Shown here piece by piece: positions 61,001 through 64,000 of a stretch of DNA of 64,000 nt. The stretch covers positions 4,351,628 through 4,415,627 of the forward strand of contig OZ037771.1 of NCBI GenBank assembly GCA_964035545.1, read 5' to 3'. The notes beneath the pieces were generated by a model, which had not been told where the DNA came from, searched no databases, and was given only the letters and a program-made list of their open reading frames with translations. Position numbers and translations under genes: made by a program. Positions within the stretch are counted from its first letter, which is position 1; every line of letters starts with the position of its first letter. Source of the stretch: Bugula neritina. Lineage: Eukaryota > Animalia > Bryozoa.

Positions 61001-62995
61001 ACGTTTAGTTATTAGATATTCATTTTTCTCAGCAACTGTGTTCTTGAAGCAGTGGGTGCGAAAAATATTTTTAAAAATTCTTTGTAGGAGGCAATGCACT
61101 GTTTTTATCAACCACTGTGATATGATAGGTTTTTAAGTTAGGGCTTATTATTACTCACTCTAACAACAGACTCATTGTAATCTGAAATTATATTTGTTTA
61201 ATGTTAAATTGTAAACATGTGTTAATAAAACAGGTAGTGCTTATTCACAGTGATAGGCACAGCTGCAATCAGTTTAAGATTTGAAATAGCATTCATATGC
61301 TCTAGAGATACCCTACTGTACAGCTGCGTTTGAATTTTAGACAGGTGAGCAATATTTATGTGACATTCTATATGTTTGTAATAGCTCGTAATGAAAAAGG
61401 AAATTGAAAAGACTATCTCAGTATTTATAAGGATGAAAGCTTCCTTCAAGTATATAAAGTATGACAAGGTGCACTACAGCAGTTTATAAGAAAACTAGAG
61501 TTATTTTTAAACTTTTTTCAAAAATCTTTGTTAGTATCACTGCGTCTATTAGTTTTTACACACAAATAACTTACTCAAGCAAAGTGTCCAAATCACATTT
61601 TCTTTTCCATAGAAAATCTCAAAGTTGAAGTGAATAAGTTGATAGTTATATTGCAGGCCAAAGTTTTGTTTTAAAAGTGTCTAAGCAATATTGTCCCAAG
61701 GTTGAATAAATTCATTTTTCTAATAGGTGATACTTGGTTACGTGGTAGCAGTGACTGCAAAGACAAAAAGTTTTACTTGTCAAAAACTTTGGCCTTTTCA
61801 AAAACAGAAACCATGCGGCCTGGAATCAGAATAATATATTTAAAATGTCAAGTGATAGATGTAATCCTATTGTTCTGTTGATACATTTAACGGAAATAAA
61901 AAGCTGAACTATAAAGGGTCAGTTATAAACTAAATTAGAATGACTATTATAGATATACGCTAGACCGTGACATAGAAGATAAATTAAATACTAACAAGGA
62001 TAATTATTACCATGAGCTATCAAATTAATCAATGGGTTAGATTCGTTAAAATATATCAAACTTATAGCTTTATCTAGCTCATCTTGCTTCACCTTATAGT
62101 AGTGCTTACCAAGTGACATGTAAGGTTATTAGGTTCAAACTGCTTTGCTTTACGAGGAGCAGTGGCAGCCAAGCTCATTATCCAATAGTAAAGATCTACT
62201 AATGTCTCCCGGATAGCTATTCAAGTTCATGAGAAATTACTTGCGTGACTTTAAAGATAGAAGCAAATGAAATTTTCTGTGATTAAGTATTTGGCAGCAT
62301 TAAAATTGGTAAATGCATGCATCTGCCAACTAATTTCTAATAATCTGTCATCCTTCAAATACAACTCGGGTATGCCGGCTGCATGTACTCACAACCTAAT
62401 GCAAATTGATTATTTTTGTTTTGCAGAAGTTTTATTAAAACTTGCTTATTAGCACAGTAGCCTATATACAATGCAGACAAAAATATTATATTATTATATT
62501 GTAATTGCTAACTGAATCCTTAATTACTATTTGTAAATTTTATATGCACTTTGCACTTTGAATGAGTTAAAAATCAGACCAGAAATCTTGCCAAAATTAA
62601 GTAGGCTCTTTATTCTTTCAAGAATTACTTTTAAATATTGTTCACTTTTTATTTATTAATAAATCTAGCAGGCTGAAATTTTTGGGAAAGCTGAATTATT
62701 TTTTACCTCATTTTACCTCTATTTTTGTATCATGTTGGTAGTTCATTCCAAAGAATAATACTATATCCCCAGATTTTATAAATTCGCATAACATTTTAGT
62801 GCATGCCTTCCACACATCTACACGGTTGCATACATACTTTTTATCATAACTACTGGCTGTGAAAATGATACTATTGATGTATATTTTGACTACTAGCAAA
62901 GTTTGTTTGCATTTAATGCTATCAATCATGCAAACTTCAAACTAAGTACAATAAGGAAGCAGGCTAAACTAGTGATGCTTTACATCTCTGTATAT

Positions 62996-63021
62996 AGACA
63001 GACAGACAGACATACATACAT

Positions 63022-63096
<75 letters not shown>

Positions 63097-63116
63097 AAGA
63101 GACAGACATACAGACA

Positions 63117-63181
<65 letters not shown>

Positions 63182-63189
63182 ACAGACAT

Positions 63190-63279
<90 letters not shown>

Positions 63280-63328
63280 TAAAAAATATACAGACAGACA
63301 GAAAAAACAGACAGACAGATAGACAGAT
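62996..63328. repeat. Compound (GACA)n/(GGCA)n microsatellite
   Basis: Direct inspection. Confidence 0.95.
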
Positions 63329-63704
63329 GGAAAGGTTTTAGTCTAAAATCTATACTGCTCAGCATATGAACTGTCCTAAAATCTTTTGGAGTGATTATAA
63401 TTAATTTTATTAAATTTATCATTTTTAATTTCATTCTATTCTACTTGCTATAGTGCTAGACCACACAACGTAGCTTCAAAATATTTTTTTTAAACTTAAA
63501 TAATTCCACTTTTGTGATAGCATTAGAAAATGTTGCTGTATAGCAAATTATTTCTCCAGAAAAAACATTTTGTGAATCTAAAAATAGAAGAAAAAAACAA
63601 ATTCTTGGCTTTGACTATAAAGAAAACAATGATATTTGGTCGATAATTTTTAAAAGTTACAGAAGGAAGTTGGAGCTGTTAAATATGCAGGTGTGCTCCA
63701 GCAT

Positions 63705-63810
63705 AGTATTTAAGTTTCAGGTCTACTTTGACAAGTCAAAGTAGACCTGAAACTTAAATACTTGTGCGACTTTTAAAAATATAAGTTTATATTTTTAAAA
63801 GTCGCACAAG
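63705..63810. repeat. Two abutting perfect hairpins (28-bp and 24-bp stems, 2-nt loops)
   Basis: 63705-63732 pairs with 63735-63762; 63761-63784 pairs with 63787-63810. Confidence 0.92.
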
Positions 63811-64000
63811 AATTCTGAAAACTTTGAATAAAGAAGACCAGAAGGCATTAAAATTTTTGAAATGGTTGATACTCTAATCCAGGGATGTATTTACATACAT
63901 GTATAGCATGCTCACAACAATTGTGTGCTACAGAGTGTAAAGACAAAAGGCTAAAGTCGATGTAAATCTTGGCAACTGACATTTAAATTACGTATTCAAT

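Noticed and set aside
62903-63322. QTDR/QAGR-repeat ORF
   Set aside because: (GACA)n/(GGCA)n microsatellite translation.

Overview
AT-rich eukaryotic (invertebrate animal, probably lophotrochozoan; inference) genomic DNA with seven intron-containing genes, which I assembled by hand from GT-AG sites and reading-frame phase. In order: an MFSD6-like MFS transporter (-), EMC7 (+), a secreted Reeler + Pro/Thr linker + divergent chitin-binding-type-2 protein (+), UBAC1/KPC2 (-), PIBF1/CEP90 (+, head-to-head with UBAC1), a secreted single-domain GH1 beta-glucosidase (+), and a predicted GPI-anchored two-domain Ly6/uPAR-like protein whose first domain is split by a phase-symmetric PTTAG mucin exon (+). 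Non-coding DNA holds two tRNA-derived SINE families, a decayed RTE-type LINE fragment, several MITE/foldback elements, and many micro- and minisatellites. The most unusual observations are: degenerate 6-bp-periodic 'AnT' tracts in the 5'-proximal introns of the housekeeping genes only; the mucin-interrupted Ly6 domain; the Reeler-ChtBD2 fusion; a multi-hairpin junction near 63.7 kb; and several frame-compatible alternative splice options in EMC7 and PIBF1. No CRISPR array, rRNA or intact tRNA gene was found. All family assignments rest on remembered motifs, not database searches.
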